From Adineta vaga (Eukaryota > Animalia > Rotifera), in the NCBI GenBank assembly GCA_021613535.1, contig CP075493.1, positions 5,704,001 through 5,768,000 of the forward strand: 64,000 nucleotides of DNA, written 5' to 3'. The translations under genes were made by a program, and so were the position numbers. Below are positions 42,398 to 63,922 of the stretch, one piece after another. The stretch's first letter is position 1, and each line of letters starts with the position of its first letter. The notes beneath the pieces were generated by a model, which was not told the DNA's origin, searched no databases, and worked only from the letters and a program-made list of their open reading frames with translations.

Positions 42398-44039
42398 TTA
42401 TTCAAGATTGAGTTCTTCGATTTGTTGATCGATTGTTTGAAGAGCTTGAAGTAAAACTTGTTTGCGTTGATTTAAAATATTTCGTTGAATATCACTATGA
42501 TTATCTGCATTAGAAAGTAAACGTTGGAAGTTCTGTTGTTGTATTCGAGTAATTTCATCATTTGACTGATTGCTTGGAAAGTATGATGAAGCAAGAGAAT
42601 CACTTGTATTAGTGGGAGTATATTGATTTCGGTGAAACTTTTGAAGCTTTGTTGTAGTTCTAAGAAACAATACATATTTTATTATTAATTTTCGAAAAAT
42701 AACGTACTGTTTAAGTGCTGCTGATTGTTGATTTTGACGAGAATTCTCACTCGTTCGATTGGTGAATGATGAATTGGAATTATTGATAAATGAATTTGGA
42801 GACGATTTTCCTATCGTTGGTATAGATGATGCCGATTTTTCTGATATATATAATTGATTTAAAAACGATGAAATAAGTTTAGCTGCTCCATGACATCGTG
42901 TAACAGAACAATGACTTACACCGATGTGAGAATGATATGGACAACGTTGTTCAATTAAATATGAATATGAAGTATTTTCAAATGTGCGTTGAATATCATC
43001 ACGTGAAACACGATGTTTTCGTAATTCAGCTAGAATCATGATTAATGATTCAATACTTGCAAAATTAACGAGCCTTCTTTCTTTCGTTGATTTTCGTCCT
43101 ATATATCATCGGATAAAAAAACAATGAAATTAGTTTTCCTAATTTATCTAAATGTACCTTCGCCTTTTTCTTGTAACCAATCGAATAGTTTGCTAGTTTG
43201 TTCATATTCTACAGCAGGAAAGAAAATGCATGGTTTTGTCATTCGAAGATACCTTCGCCGTGTTCGATCATCAACATCATCATCATTATTATCAAGCATT
43301 TGACTGGATTGTTTGGTTATCGTAGGTACAAGAAAAGATTTCAATTCTTGATAAATCAATTTATAATTGTTTGTTGCTTCACCAAAATTTTTCACTGGAA
43401 TCTCATGTGTGTCTTTCGATTGCTCAAGGCATGATGACATATATCCAGTTGGAATCAATTCAGGTTGAATGAATTTTTGTCCATACATCGTTACTCCATC
43501 ATTTAAAGTATACTAAAACGAACATAGAAACAATGATTATCGATTTCTATTCAATAAATATTTCTTACACGTAAAATACACATTTCTGCCGGGATAAATT
43601 GTCCACCATCTTCTTCGTCAACTTTACAGAAGATTTGAAAATTGATTATATAAATTGGCATAGTTAATAATTCACTTTTATCCAATGGTAAATATTCACA
43701 TGCAAGAAAATTTCGTTCCAAACCAAAACGATCATAGTGTTGTTTTAATTCTTCACAGGGTATGTCACGTTTTTGAAGAATTTTATCAGTAGAAATGTCT
43801 TTTTTAGCTTTTGTATGTTGATGTGAAACTTTGGCTGATTCGGGATTATCTCGATAGTGAATACGCCATTCTTCATATTGATTTTTATAGATTTGCTTTT
43901 GCTCTTCTGGTAAAGCTTTCCAATCATCATAACATGCAGCAATAGCTTCGTTGATATTCATTCGATGACCACGAGAACGTTGACGACTCTGATATTCAAT
44001 GGCATAAAAATAAAAGGGTGATCGACTTGGCTTTGGCAT
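42398..44039 (-). CDS. MAEL: Maelstrom-like protein A (HMG box + MAEL domain), 4 exons
   Basis: HMG box (SPFYFYA...WKALPEEQKQIY); MAEL motifs FIPAEMCILR/YTL, SKDTHEIP, CPYH...HCS, covering the E-H-H-C Zn ligands. Confidence 0.82.
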
Positions 44040-44356
44040 ACTTTTTTCGAACAAGAATCTAGAATTTCATACATATTTAGTTCATATATCAGAAACAAAG
44101 GCAACATTAGAGGAAAAGATTCTCGTTTCTTTTCCATTTTTTTTTCGTTCAAAATCATCGAAAACAATGAATTTATCATATCAAAATTTACACTGCAAAA
44201 AATAGACTGAAAGTTATACAAAAAGAGATTCTAGTAAACATGCATTCACATATAGAAAAAAACAAAGAAGAAGAAAGACATGGTAAGTTGAATGTAATTT
44301 CATAAATGACATGGGAGATATGTTTTTCATTCGATAAAGGAAAGAAGATTTACTTA

Positions 44357-46093
44357 TCACATTGGAAATCCAGGCACCGGAGGAATAAAATGAAGATGAG
44401 AACCACGACCAATACCATTAGTAAAAATTAAACTATTCGATTTGTTACTATCTATTGTAGATATCTGACTACTTGCTTTTCTTAAACCACGTCCAGTCAT
44501 AATATATTGATCTTCATCATCATTGTTATTATTATACAAAGAAGGTATTGGCCAACGACAATCGACTTCAATTGGTAATAATGTTCGTGGTTTGATTGGT
44601 TTCGATGACTAGAAATTAAGTTTATACAATCATATTGAACATTAAGAAATGAAAATCATCTACTTTATTTTCAATTGATAGAACACGAATTTGTTGTGTT
44701 ACTGAATTCGAAGGATTTGTCGATGATGATTGAATAAATATATTTGAACCTATTGCTTGTAATTTTTCTGTAGGTGGCTAAAGTAGATAAAGAAAAGATC
44801 AAAATTGATTTTCTTGATTTTATTTTACTTTCTGTTGTTCTATCTTTCGTATTTGTGTTAAACGACGTAAACCAACTTTATGTTTTTCAACATATGTTGA
44901 ACTAATTGAATCAATACCTGACGGTGTTGTTTCCACACTTATAGAATGTGCATCATGTATAGAAGTATTAACAATCGGCGCTCTAATGGAATTTTTATCC
45001 ATTGTTTTCGTTCGAGCATGTTCAGGTAAAGCTTGAATAAACCGTTCTCGAACGAATCCATCAAGAAAAAGACTAAAACCATGATTGATAGCACGACAAC
45101 AATATTGAATTGCTAATGAATCATGATAAACACATCGATCTCTAACTTGTAATGTATACACGGGTCGACGTAATTGTTCACGAACACTTTGATGTGCAAA
45201 ATCTCCAATACCAAGACGACGAAGAAGTGCAGCAACGAGAGCTTCAAAGGAACATATACGAAATGAAGATTTAACTGATTGTGTATCATCTTTGGAAACA
45301 AGCCATTCGAGAAGATACTTCGTTTGTGCACGATCAAATGCATTGCAAAAAATTATTATTGGCTCTGTAGTGGTTGAATCTAATGAAGATAAAAAGGAAT
45401 TTCAATATTGTTTAAAAGATTCTACTAACCACCAATTACTCGTCTGACCTCTTGCAATATATGTGAATAATTTCCATTGGCACCAATAAAATCAAAAGGT
45501 GGTATTTGATGTGTTTCACGCGAATGATCAATAGCTGTACCAGTATAACCTACTGGAAATTGTTCAGGTTTCATTATCGTATAATATTCTTGTTTAATAT
45601 GTTCTGAAAATGAATATTTCATAATAGCCATTTCAGCTGGATAATATTCTCCACCATCTTCATCATCAGTTCGACAGAAAATTTGAAAACTTACAAAAAG
45701 TAAATCTTGCTTGAATACGGTTAGAAGATTATCAGATAAATAGACATCCAAAAATTTATTTTCATTATTATTCTGTTCAAGAAATGATGCTTCTTCACTT
45801 GATGGTATCACTGGTGTAATAGCCTTTTCATTATTTAACATACGAGTTCGTTTATATTGTTTAGCTAAACTATAAAATAAACAATAGATCATTCATACGT
45901 CTGCACACGTTTTTCAAGCATACTCTTCATAAGGTTTTCTTTCGACAAGTGTCATCGAACGCCATTGTGGTAATAGAAGTAAAATTAAATCTTGAATATG
46001 CATTCGAGAATACGTCGGATACAATTTTCGATGTTCATCAGCTAAATAATAGATGCCTGTTCTATTCACATGTTGTTTTTTCTTCGGTGCCAT
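44357..46093 (-). CDS. MAEL: Maelstrom-like protein B (degenerate HMG box + MAEL domain), ~5 exons
   Basis: MAPKKK..GIYYLA..QWRSMTLVERKPYE; YYPAEMAIMKYSF, SRETHQIP, RCVYH...YCC; C-terminal GRG motifs. Confidence 0.82.
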
Positions 46094-46997
46094 TGTTCTT
46101 ATTTATATAAGCGATTAAATAGTTAATTATCTGTTTGTATTCAAAAAGAGATTGGATACCTTTAGTTTAGTGTTAATGGTAAAGTTTCGTTCCATTTGGT
46201 TGATTGTATAGATTGTAAAGTATGGAAAGATGAGTGATACTGAATGACCATTGATTGGAAAATGATCAATACCTTTCGTAAGTTTTATTTATGATAAAAA
46301 TGAAAATCTTATTTAAGATCAAGGCGAATGATGATGATCAACGAAATATTAAAGAAAATTATAAACTTTTTTGCTAATGAGAACAGATGGCGTTAACTAT
46401 TAGTCAATTATACGAAGATATCCGTATTATTTTTTTCAAGTGGAAAATATATTTGTAATAGCTATAGCAATTGACGAATGAATTACAATAGATTGTAGTA
46501 AAGTCAACTATCCGATAGTATTAAGAATAATCTCCGTGATTTTTCTTTTCAAATGCGCATCATCATCATTATCATAAGAATTGAATGACTCACCAATGAA
46601 AGAAGAAAGTTTATTACATCGATAGGGCATGAATTTAACAGTGGACTATTACCTATTGTCACACACAGATCGTTCTTGTTTACAGACATATGCTTTACAA
46701 AAAATACCACCTGGACCAATTCAATAGAACAAAATTTGCGTTGCCCATATTGAAATAACATATAATCCTTTTCAAATTTCTGTGAATATATTATTTTCAC
46801 AATATTTTACTGTTAATTGAAATATGCATGTAGGCATCATCCTTTATTTTTATGATCTACTAATCTAAATCTTTTTGATAATTTTCAAAGTCTGAAACGG
46901 TTATTATGACCTATAGTTCTTTTCATTCTTCCATAAGAATAAAATCTCCAGGTATATCTGGATAATTTCTAATGAAAAACAAAGATTCATTATTTAT

Positions 46998-48269
46998 TTA
47001 TATCATAGGAACGTCATTATGACATTTCATTGACGAACGACAACATGGACAAATACAACGTAATAAAACATTGAATTTATAACGAAAAAATCGATTAAAT
47101 ATATAGAATAAAATCGGATTAAATGCAGTTGATGATAATGCTAATAAAATCGTTATAATAAAAAACAAACGATATTCATATAAATGATGTGATTGATTAA
47201 TCTGTGTATAAATAAAATTAATTTGTGTTGGTGAAAATGAAATAAAATAAAATACAGCAATAATAACTAACATAATCACTGCTCTTTTACGTGCGATATT
47301 TCCATGACTTGTTAGCGTTGTTAACACGTGTGTAAGAGAACGTGGTGATATTGTTGTTGATATAGTTACATTGACTGGTGATGGAATTGAAGAACTTAAT
47401 TTGAGATCAGAATATTGATGATGTGATTCAATTGTTTTCTTTTCTTGTACTTGTTGAATATGAGATTGAGCTTGAACAACACGATCAACCAAAAAGATTT
47501 TATAACAAATAATTATATAAATGATTGTCTAAAATATATAGGTTTAATATTATGAATTGTAAATAGCGAACTTACTTGTATGAATGCTGGTAGAAAGAAG
47601 AACAATATCGATTCGGTATATTTATAAAACATGGTTAAATGTGAATCTGTCCATTGATCTGATAAACCACAGATAAAATAATGTGAACGATTATAAAATG
47701 GATGTAATTTAAGTAAATAAAGGTTTGGTAGAGCTGTAAGAAAACCTATCAACCATATTAAAAGAATTATAAAGTAAAGACGTTTACGACGATTAATTTG
47801 CGAAAGTTTTGTTGGATATACTATAGCAATATATCTACAAGATAAATATAGAACATTTTTCTTAATGATGATAAATCATCAATTCATACCTTTCAATACT
47901 GATAACAAGTAATGTTTGTACACTAACATAACATCCTAATACTTGAACAAATCGAACTAGTTTACATAAGGATAAACCAAGATACCAAGCTGTTGGCCAA
48001 TGATGATCAAATGCGAATTGTAAAACATCAAATATATTAAAAATAAGAATTAATAGATCGGCACATGACATATTTACAAGAAGAAGATTTGTTGATGAAC
48101 GACGAATTTTTAATCGATTAGTTGTCATTGATAGTAGAACAAGACAATTACCAAATAAACCAATACCAATAATGGCAAGAAAGATAGTAACAAGAATTAG
48201 ACGAAGATAAGATGAATATTCAATTTCAAAATGAGTTAAGATTGTTTGATTCATAATGAATGTGTTCAT
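46998..48269 (-). CDS. Class A (rhodopsin-like) neuropeptide-type GPCR, 3 exons
   Basis: TM1 GN, STNLLLVNMSCADL, WYLGLSLCK, TLLVISIER/YIAIVYP, TM6 FISFSP, TM7 NPILF. Confidence 0.9.
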
Positions 48270-49619
48270 AGATATCAAATGATGAAAATTAAGTGTAAAA
48301 AACGAAGAAAATCCAGACTAAAAATTGAGCGATATTATTTTCTTTCTTCTACGATTTTGAGCAAATGCAAAAAACAAAAGTTTTATAAAGATTAAGAATA
48401 ACAGACGTCTTTTCCAAATACTAGTCTTTGTATAATAAAGATTTCTCTTTCTACTAGAATTTTCTACTGTTAAACAAAACTCATCAAAGGAGGAAAGTCT
48501 TATGACGTATAAGTCATACGGATGAACAACTAAGAAGAATAGTATTACAACAGATAGCTTTATTCAACTTTAACGATGGAAAGAAGTGACGATGTAGAAA
48601 AACATCAGATTCTCTATGAAGAATGATCGAAATAACGAATAGGAAAGAAAACAAGATTTTTAGGCTAATGCATTGAAAATAAAATTATACAGATATGTTT
48701 GTTTTATCAAACAGTTTATCATAGATTTGTCACGTTAACACAATTAATAGGTTAAATGATGTTGATGGTTTCCAAGTAGAAAAGTTGAAAGAAAACAGAA
48801 AAAGAGAAGTGCTGCTTTCTAAACTTTTGAAAATAAACAGATGAATAATTACTCTTATCGATTATGTCCTTAAATGACGAAATGTACGAATTCATGATTT
48901 GCAACTACAAAATGTTCTTATCTGTTTCCTAACAAATACAACTTGTGCTTAGTCAAGAGGAGGATGAATTTATTCTAATCTTAGAAACATGAGACGTGAC
49001 TTTTTTCCAAAAGAAATTCAAGATATTTATCAAAGTCGTTTTGTTTCATTTGATAGAATTTCTAGCACTAATTAAACTTGATTATTTATTGTCAATATCT
49101 ACATGAACTCTTTGACATCTATTACAGTCATTTAACATATTCATGAATATCTATCTAGTTAGTTCCTATCTTTCAAAATATTCATCTAAGTGTAAGAAGA
49201 ATATATATTTACATCGAATAAAGAGATAACTTACTTATTCATTAACAAGTTCATTCACGGAAATAGTGCATCATCAAAACAGCTTTTGTCCTAGAAACAT
49301 GACTACTCATTATTTGTCACTATTATGTCGCTTGTTCTTTCTTCTTAATATTTCATAGAATGTCAGTCAGATTTTCATAGCACTCTAGGGTTTGTTTATT
49401 AAATAAATGTCTTATTTAATTCATACAATGCCTTGTGAATAACTAGAAGTCTGAATTGGCATATAACTACGATGTCAATTAGAAAAACATGCATGCTGTA
49501 AAGCGTGGACGAATAAGTCATTAGGGGTTAATTGTGTTGTTGGTTAAATTTTCAAGACTTTCATTTACATACTTCGTATCAAAGGAAAAACATTTATTGA
49601 TGAAAGAAAAAAAGAAATA

Positions 49620-50529
49620 TTAGTTAGATTTATTTGTGAGACGAGCCATTCGTATGCTGCTTTGAAGCGCTCGATGTCGTAAAGCAAATTCTCTATCATG
49701 TAATTTACGTTCTTCGATAGCTTTCTTATCAATTGATTTGCACGCCGTTTGATTTTGTAAAGCTATTCGATAGAGAACATCGATGTTAGATGCTTTTTGT
49801 TGATCAAGTAATTTATTATATTGAAATCTTTGTGTACTTGGTGTTCCCATTGATGATGAAGAATTATATGAAGGCGATTCAAAAGAATAAGATTGTTGTT
49901 GTTGTTGTTGTTGATAGACAGGATTTGAATTATTGGTATATCCATCAAGCAGAGTGATTAATGGATTGTTTCGATGTTGAATAGTTGAACGTTTTTGAAC
50001 TGGTGTTGTTCGTGGGCGAAGTAAATGTTTAGTTTTATCTGCAAAAGGATCGGTAGATTTTTCGTGTTCATTATCAAGTAATAAAAGTAAAGGACGATTC
50101 GATTCACATGGAACTTCGTCTGGTGGAGATGTCGATCGTCCGCGACTGATTGAAATCAATTTCTCTTTCATTTTGATTGATTCTATGAAGAGTAAACAAT
50201 AAATATTCAACGAAATTATCATATCCGAGTCAAAAAAGATAATAGACAATCAAACCTATAAAATTTTTCGCTTCATCTTGTGCAATTTCATGAGCATGTG
50301 CTTGTCTCCATAATTGATAAGCCGGATTTGGTTTGATTACACGAACGACATTTTTGAAATGATATTTTAAACCTTGTTGTTCTCGATGTAATCGAGAAAG
50401 ATGAGTTTGTAAATCACCACGTAATGATTTGATATGAATTTGTAATCGACGATTTTCTAAACCATTCAAACGTATAGCTTGAATCTGACACGGACTCAAA
50501 ACAACTTCACCTTTTGTGCCTTTTTTCAT
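49620..50529 (-). CDS. Uncharacterised protein, 2 exons; N-terminus reminiscent of the CCDC190 coiled coil
   Basis: Exon 1 (..NFI G|gt) joins exon 2 (ag|AA, ESIKM) in frame; ENRRLQIHIKSL...LSRLHREQQGL helix. The family call is from memory and weak. Confidence 0.6.
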
Positions 50530-50620
50530 TTTTGATCGTTGATTTCGTTTTCTCTTCTTTCATTTTTATTATATGAAAATTAAAAAGAAACCTAAAGTTG
50601 GCGCATTCAATCAATAGAAT

Positions 50621-52190
50621 ATGTCACAGGAAGAAAACTTATATCAACATTCTGATCTTGTACAAATCAATGAATCAAATGAAAAAAATCCAATTATTAT
50701 TTATGCTCATCAACTTAATCAATATTATCATACACTCCTTGGGAATCCATTTCAACGCTTGAAATATTATAATTCTTCGGCCGAACAATATTATTTTTAT
50801 CGAACACCTGGTATAATTAATTATATAATTACATATTATCTTCATCATGGATGTTTATCAACAGAAATCTACTATCCACCTGAAATTCTCTATGACGAAC
50901 TTGTCTTCTTTGGTTTTAATATTCAAATAATATATGATCTTATTTCGAATTTTATTATTATTGATTATTACATACCCTCTGGTAATCATATATTTTTAAT
51001 CGAGAAATTTGATCTATGTTTTTTTGTCATCGTTGAGTACTCCTCTCGAAGTAAACATGTAAATTGATTCGAGTGATTCAATACATGATCGACCACGTGC
51101 TAACCCGAGATCATACGAATTAGTACTTGGATATCTACTTCATCTCATTCGAGTCAATATTCTTTTTTCATTCTTATGTTTATTGAATAAAATATTTAGT
51201 TTTATTCAATAGGAAAATATCGACGAGCATTTTGGTATACATTTTCATATGAAACTTCAAGAAAAAGTTACTATTTCACCCGAATTATTAGTGGATTTGT
51301 CACTATTGCGTCGGTGATTACATCTTTCGTGTTCTTAGAACTATCGCATATTCTCTTCATTAATAATGATCCGAAAGCAAAACAATTCATGAAAAAAACA
51401 TTAATTATAGAAATATTGGTTTTATTATTTTCATATATTGAATTGAGTATACATTATTTTATTCGTCCAAAACTTCGATTCATGACACCATTTCTAATCT
51501 TAATCAATTTTATTTCTCTATTACCCATTACTTTCTTTCTCTTCATATGGGTATGAAGTATTCTTCGTATTTTCATTGATAAATTTTTATTTATTTATTT
51601 ATTAGCCAATTCCATCTATGTGGCTATATACTACATTAGTTATACAATTTATTGCTCGAATATTTCGTAGTGTTCGTCTATCTTCTCGTGCTTATCAAAT
51701 TATGAATGTATTAACAAAGCAATTATCGATTTATTATGAATCTTTTCAATCTATTGGTTTAATTATTATTTTCTTTGCACTATTCTTACTTGCTTTAGAA
51801 CAAATATCATCACCTGTCGAATTTTTAACGAATTTATCGTTGAACAATACAAAGTATAATCAACCATTAAGTGAAATCATTTGGATATCAGTCAATGCAT
51901 TTACATCGTTGGGTGAAGGAACTAGTCGACCATTTACATCAGCTGGTTTAATTATTGAATTTATAACTTGTATTATTGGTGTTCTAACAATTCCACAACT
52001 GGCTCAGATTATTTATACACTCGTATCAAATACGATTGATAAACAAATGATCAATGATGAAAAATGTCATCTCACACATTTAGTGATGATTGAAGATGAA
52101 CATGGGTACAAAGCAATTGGTCAAGTTAATGTTGATGAATGGGGAAATCAAAGTTTACCGGAAATACTTATACAAAAAGATGAATTCTAG
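50621..52190 (+). CDS. Divergent Shaker/Kv1-like channel subunit, 3 exons (50621-50981, 51213-51550, 51606-52190), 427 aa
   Basis: T1 domain (HTLLGNPFQRLKYYN..QYYFYR..DELVFFGF), pre-S1 FWYTFSY, S4 IARIFRSVRLSSR, pore helix and filter WISVNAFTSLGEG..P, S6 GVLTIP. Confidence 0.85.
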
Positions 52191-53998
52191 AAAATGAAGA
52201 GAGAAGTTCAATAACAATAGTATTTCATTTTGTTCAAAACCAAATATTTCAGTATAATTTTATGTTCATTCATGATAAATTTGTGCTAGATGATAAAATA
52301 CAATATTCATGAAAGTACTTTCCTGTCTTTTCATTGAGATTCGTATAGAATTAGTTTGAATAAACCACAAAGACTGATTTCTATTCTTGATTACTCTTCA
52401 AAACAATGATATATCCTAACGATTCGATCTTTTTACAGATAATACACTAACAACTGATAATTATCTATAATAACAGTATTACATAGGGTGTTAATGGAAA
52501 GTAAGAAGTAGTTTTATAATAACTGTTACTAGAACGAATACGTGCTGTCGATCGAGTAAGCTAAGAACTATTATTGAATCGTAGTTAATACTATAATAGC
52601 AAAAAAAAAGATAGTAGTATTTAAAATATAATCAAAAGAGACGTGATGAGTGAAAAAAAGAAGTTTTTCTATTGTACTAATAGCAACATCATTTGTATTA
52701 GAAATATGAATGCCTTATGAATATGTAAAAAGATCGATGCGTAGTACGATGCATTAGATTTTGTCACATCCATTTTATTTGACTATATATACTCGATCAT
52801 AAACAGACAAACAAGAGAAAAGTACTACGAATATCACTTGACCATTAGCTGTTATTTAAACACAGAAGAAGGTAGAGAAACATTTTTTTGTTATACACTC
52901 AAAAAAAAGGTAATTATCATTTTATTACTAGACAACAATGACAAAAATTATATACTCAATATAGTTTTCATCAAATAAGAGATAAAATCTATGTTATTCA
53001 TTGAAACAATAATCAACATTATTCTTTACACAACTAAGAATGACCTTAGTTTTGCTAATTATCTTAAGAGAGAAAGCCAAATATAAACAACATATTAAGT
53101 ACTAACATCTTTATTTGTGAATAAATCTGCGTAGAACTTCTCATCTAAGTCATCGAACAGGACTGATAAATACAAAATCTCTCAAGTGCTCGCACAAGTA
53201 ATCTGAGTAGTCAAGCTGAGAACTCTTACTGAGTTAAAAAGTGCACGACCTAAAAAAGAATTATGTGAGTTGCATATTCTCGATACATTAACAGTAATAC
53301 TTATCAATGCTTTGTCGACGTATGACCAGATATGCCGGAAATGGTTTTTTAGAACAATCATGAGAATCTAATTCGAACGAGTTAAAGGAAGGTAAATGTT
53401 TAAGAAAACACAGTGCATGATAGATCAGCAGTTATTTCATATTTTCACTCGAAGTTAGAATAACCCAATGATTAACTGATAAAATGCATTAAAAAAATAA
53501 AGAATATCTATTATACACTCTTATGGATCATTTTTTTAGCAAATTATGATTCAAACAATTAGTTTCTCAACGTACATATCAGTTGATCGACAGCTGGATG
53601 CGTCTTCTTACTATGATAGTAGTATTTATAACGAGTAGATGTCATCAGATCGTAATCATTGGGACTGTTTTACTATTGGTTGTTCTAAACTATCCACTTG
53701 ACGTTTGACTAGATATTAAAAATTGAGTCATATTATGTGTATATATGATATATTACTCCGTATATTTAGTTGTCTACTTGTTTGTTTTAGTGTAGGCAGA
53801 GAGTATGAGTTTGTTGTTTTTTCATCCTTCTACATCGTTGTTCTTTTGTTGGTTTAATCAAATTCCTTTGATTAGATATCAGTAAAATACATGCTTGTTT
53901 TTTTCTAGATTTTCTTTCTCATCATGAGTGAATGTGAAAGAACAAACGGTATCATAGATACTCAATCATGAATAATATTTAATATTCAGAAGAATAGA

Positions 53999-61835
<7,837 letters not shown>

Positions 61836-63901
61836 ACGAAAATTTTTCACTTTTTCTAGTATTTTTTTTCATCCGGTCCTTCTCTTTGTATAGAATTTTT
61901 TTTTGTTTTATTCAATATTATGCATGTGTGAATATGTTTTATTTCGTTTTTATTTCTTCGTTGGTGCTTTCTCTATTTCATTTTTTATACTATTTTTTCT
62001 ATGATCATTTTGTCATTATATATATATGTCACTTCTATCATGTTTTTCTTTTCTTTTTTAAATAAGATCAAGATACTGTATTTAATGAACAATTTTGCAT
62101 GCATATGTGTATGTTAGTCGATGAATATACTAATAAAGATTCTTTATACTAAATATCAAATGTTTATAGATTGAAAAAAGGAATTCTTGTTTTAGTATCA
62201 TGACAACGGTTGCAAAATCGATCTCACTTATATTGTTGAGATGACATAACACGATATTTGAGGAAACACAGACTATTCTATAATCTACAGATTAGAATCA
62301 GTAACAAATTTATCTGAATCCCGATAAATAATGTCTGAATCTCATCAGCAATAAAATTATATATGAGTTTTTCTTTTTCTTGATGACGCACGAACATTAT
62401 TATTCTTTTCTTAATAATAAATCAAGAAGATAGCTTGCAGACTATAATATTCTTCATTTTTTCCTCTTAAACTAGAAATAGAATTGCGTGAGTATTAAAA
62501 CGTTTCAAAAATAACTGAAAGAAAACAAACTCTAGACGTCACTCAATCGAGTAACTAAAAGACAAGATATAAACAACGAAAGAATGAATATATCTTTACA
62601 CATGATGTCACAATTCTATTTCCTTTATTTATATCCTGTTGTAAGCTGATAATCTAGTATTTCGTATCAAGGTTGATTTGTTATAAATAGAAAAGCGAAA
62701 TAACCTATTTATGATTTTTGTTATCAACAACTATATGCCAATAAATTGTGATAATTTTTCAAGATGCAAATGTCAGATGACGTTTATCTGATATTCATAC
62801 AGAAGTTATCATTGAAAGTAAGTATAGAAAAATGACATATATACATATAGCACACCTACAATATTATTGATTTTAATCGTATACGTCCTCGTAACACTAT
62901 ATCATAAGCGCTTGGTTTGCATTCTAATTGATTCACTTCTTTGTATCTAGACACTATGTGTAGCTTTTCTAATCCTTTTTCACACTTAAACAGATGTGAG
63001 AAAATGGTCACCATGCTCGAGGGCTCTCTTTTTTTTTCTGTGTCATTCGATCATTACAGTTAAACGAAAGCAGAAGAAGAGAAAAAGTCATAACTGTTTC
63101 AAACATCTGGTGTCCGTCTGATTTCAACTGATACCATGTCAAATTTACTAACCATCAAAACCAGATGGGTAAAATAGAAATTGCTTTCTTAAAATAAAAA
63201 GAAAACGAGGCCGATGAATCAATAATGATATTTCGATCACATGGAATCACTTTTCTTTACCACTCATCGTTCTGTATCTGCTTAACTTTATGTATAAAAT
63301 ACGGTAAACTAATTAGTCTTTTCTTCTATTGACTACAAAATACGCAATAGATTCGTACATATTACTATCATCATTAACATCATCAGACTATATTTTGTCA
63401 TAGGCGTAATACTATACGCTATCGTTACTGATCAACTGATATATAAACAATCAACCACGTGTTTATATATGTCTCTCGATTTATCTTTTTTCTCATGTGT
63501 ACCACACGCGAGATATATCACATACAAAATTCCAGCGAATAGTCTTATGACGCCGAGCAATAGCAAATCGTTGAGCGGGCATCATTTTGCCCGGGTAAAA
63601 AGACGAGAAAAAGAACGAGAAGGGAAAGCGAGAGAGGGGAGAGAGAGAGAAAAAAAGGAGAGCAGAGTACATCACGACTGACGCCGATATAAATGGCAAG
63701 CGCTCTGTTCTATTTAGCTTTTATTTCTATCGTGCGCGCGCACGGCGACTAACGAAAGTGTGTGTGTGTTGTGAGTGAGTGAAAGAAGAAAGAAAAAAAA
63801 GAAGATCGTCCATCAGTTAACAAATATTTGATGGGACTAAATTTATTCGATACGAAAACTTAATTCACTTATTATTACAATTAATTACACAAAAACGAAA
63901 A

Positions 63902-63922
63902 ATGGACGCCATTTTCACATTC
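63902..63922 (+). CDS. Probable first coding exon (MDAIFTF) of a gene running off the window
   Basis: AAAATG context followed by a perfect GTAAGT donor, downstream of a CpG-enriched promoter-like region (63480-63800) containing TATATAAAT. Too short to identify. Confidence 0.35.

Noticed and set aside
46540-46980. Coding-like fragments on the minus strand (KIKDDAYMHI, IGPGGIFC) hinting at a glycosyltransferase relic
   Set aside because: Many stops and frame changes; similarity too weak to support without a search.
52440-53760. Intergenic stretch that looked TE-derived
   Set aside because: No TIRs, TSDs or transposase/RT motifs could be identified.
53925-53998. Upstream ATG exon (MSECERTN) before ROCK
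   Set aside because: None of the available acceptors joins it in frame to the kinase ORF; at most a uORF.
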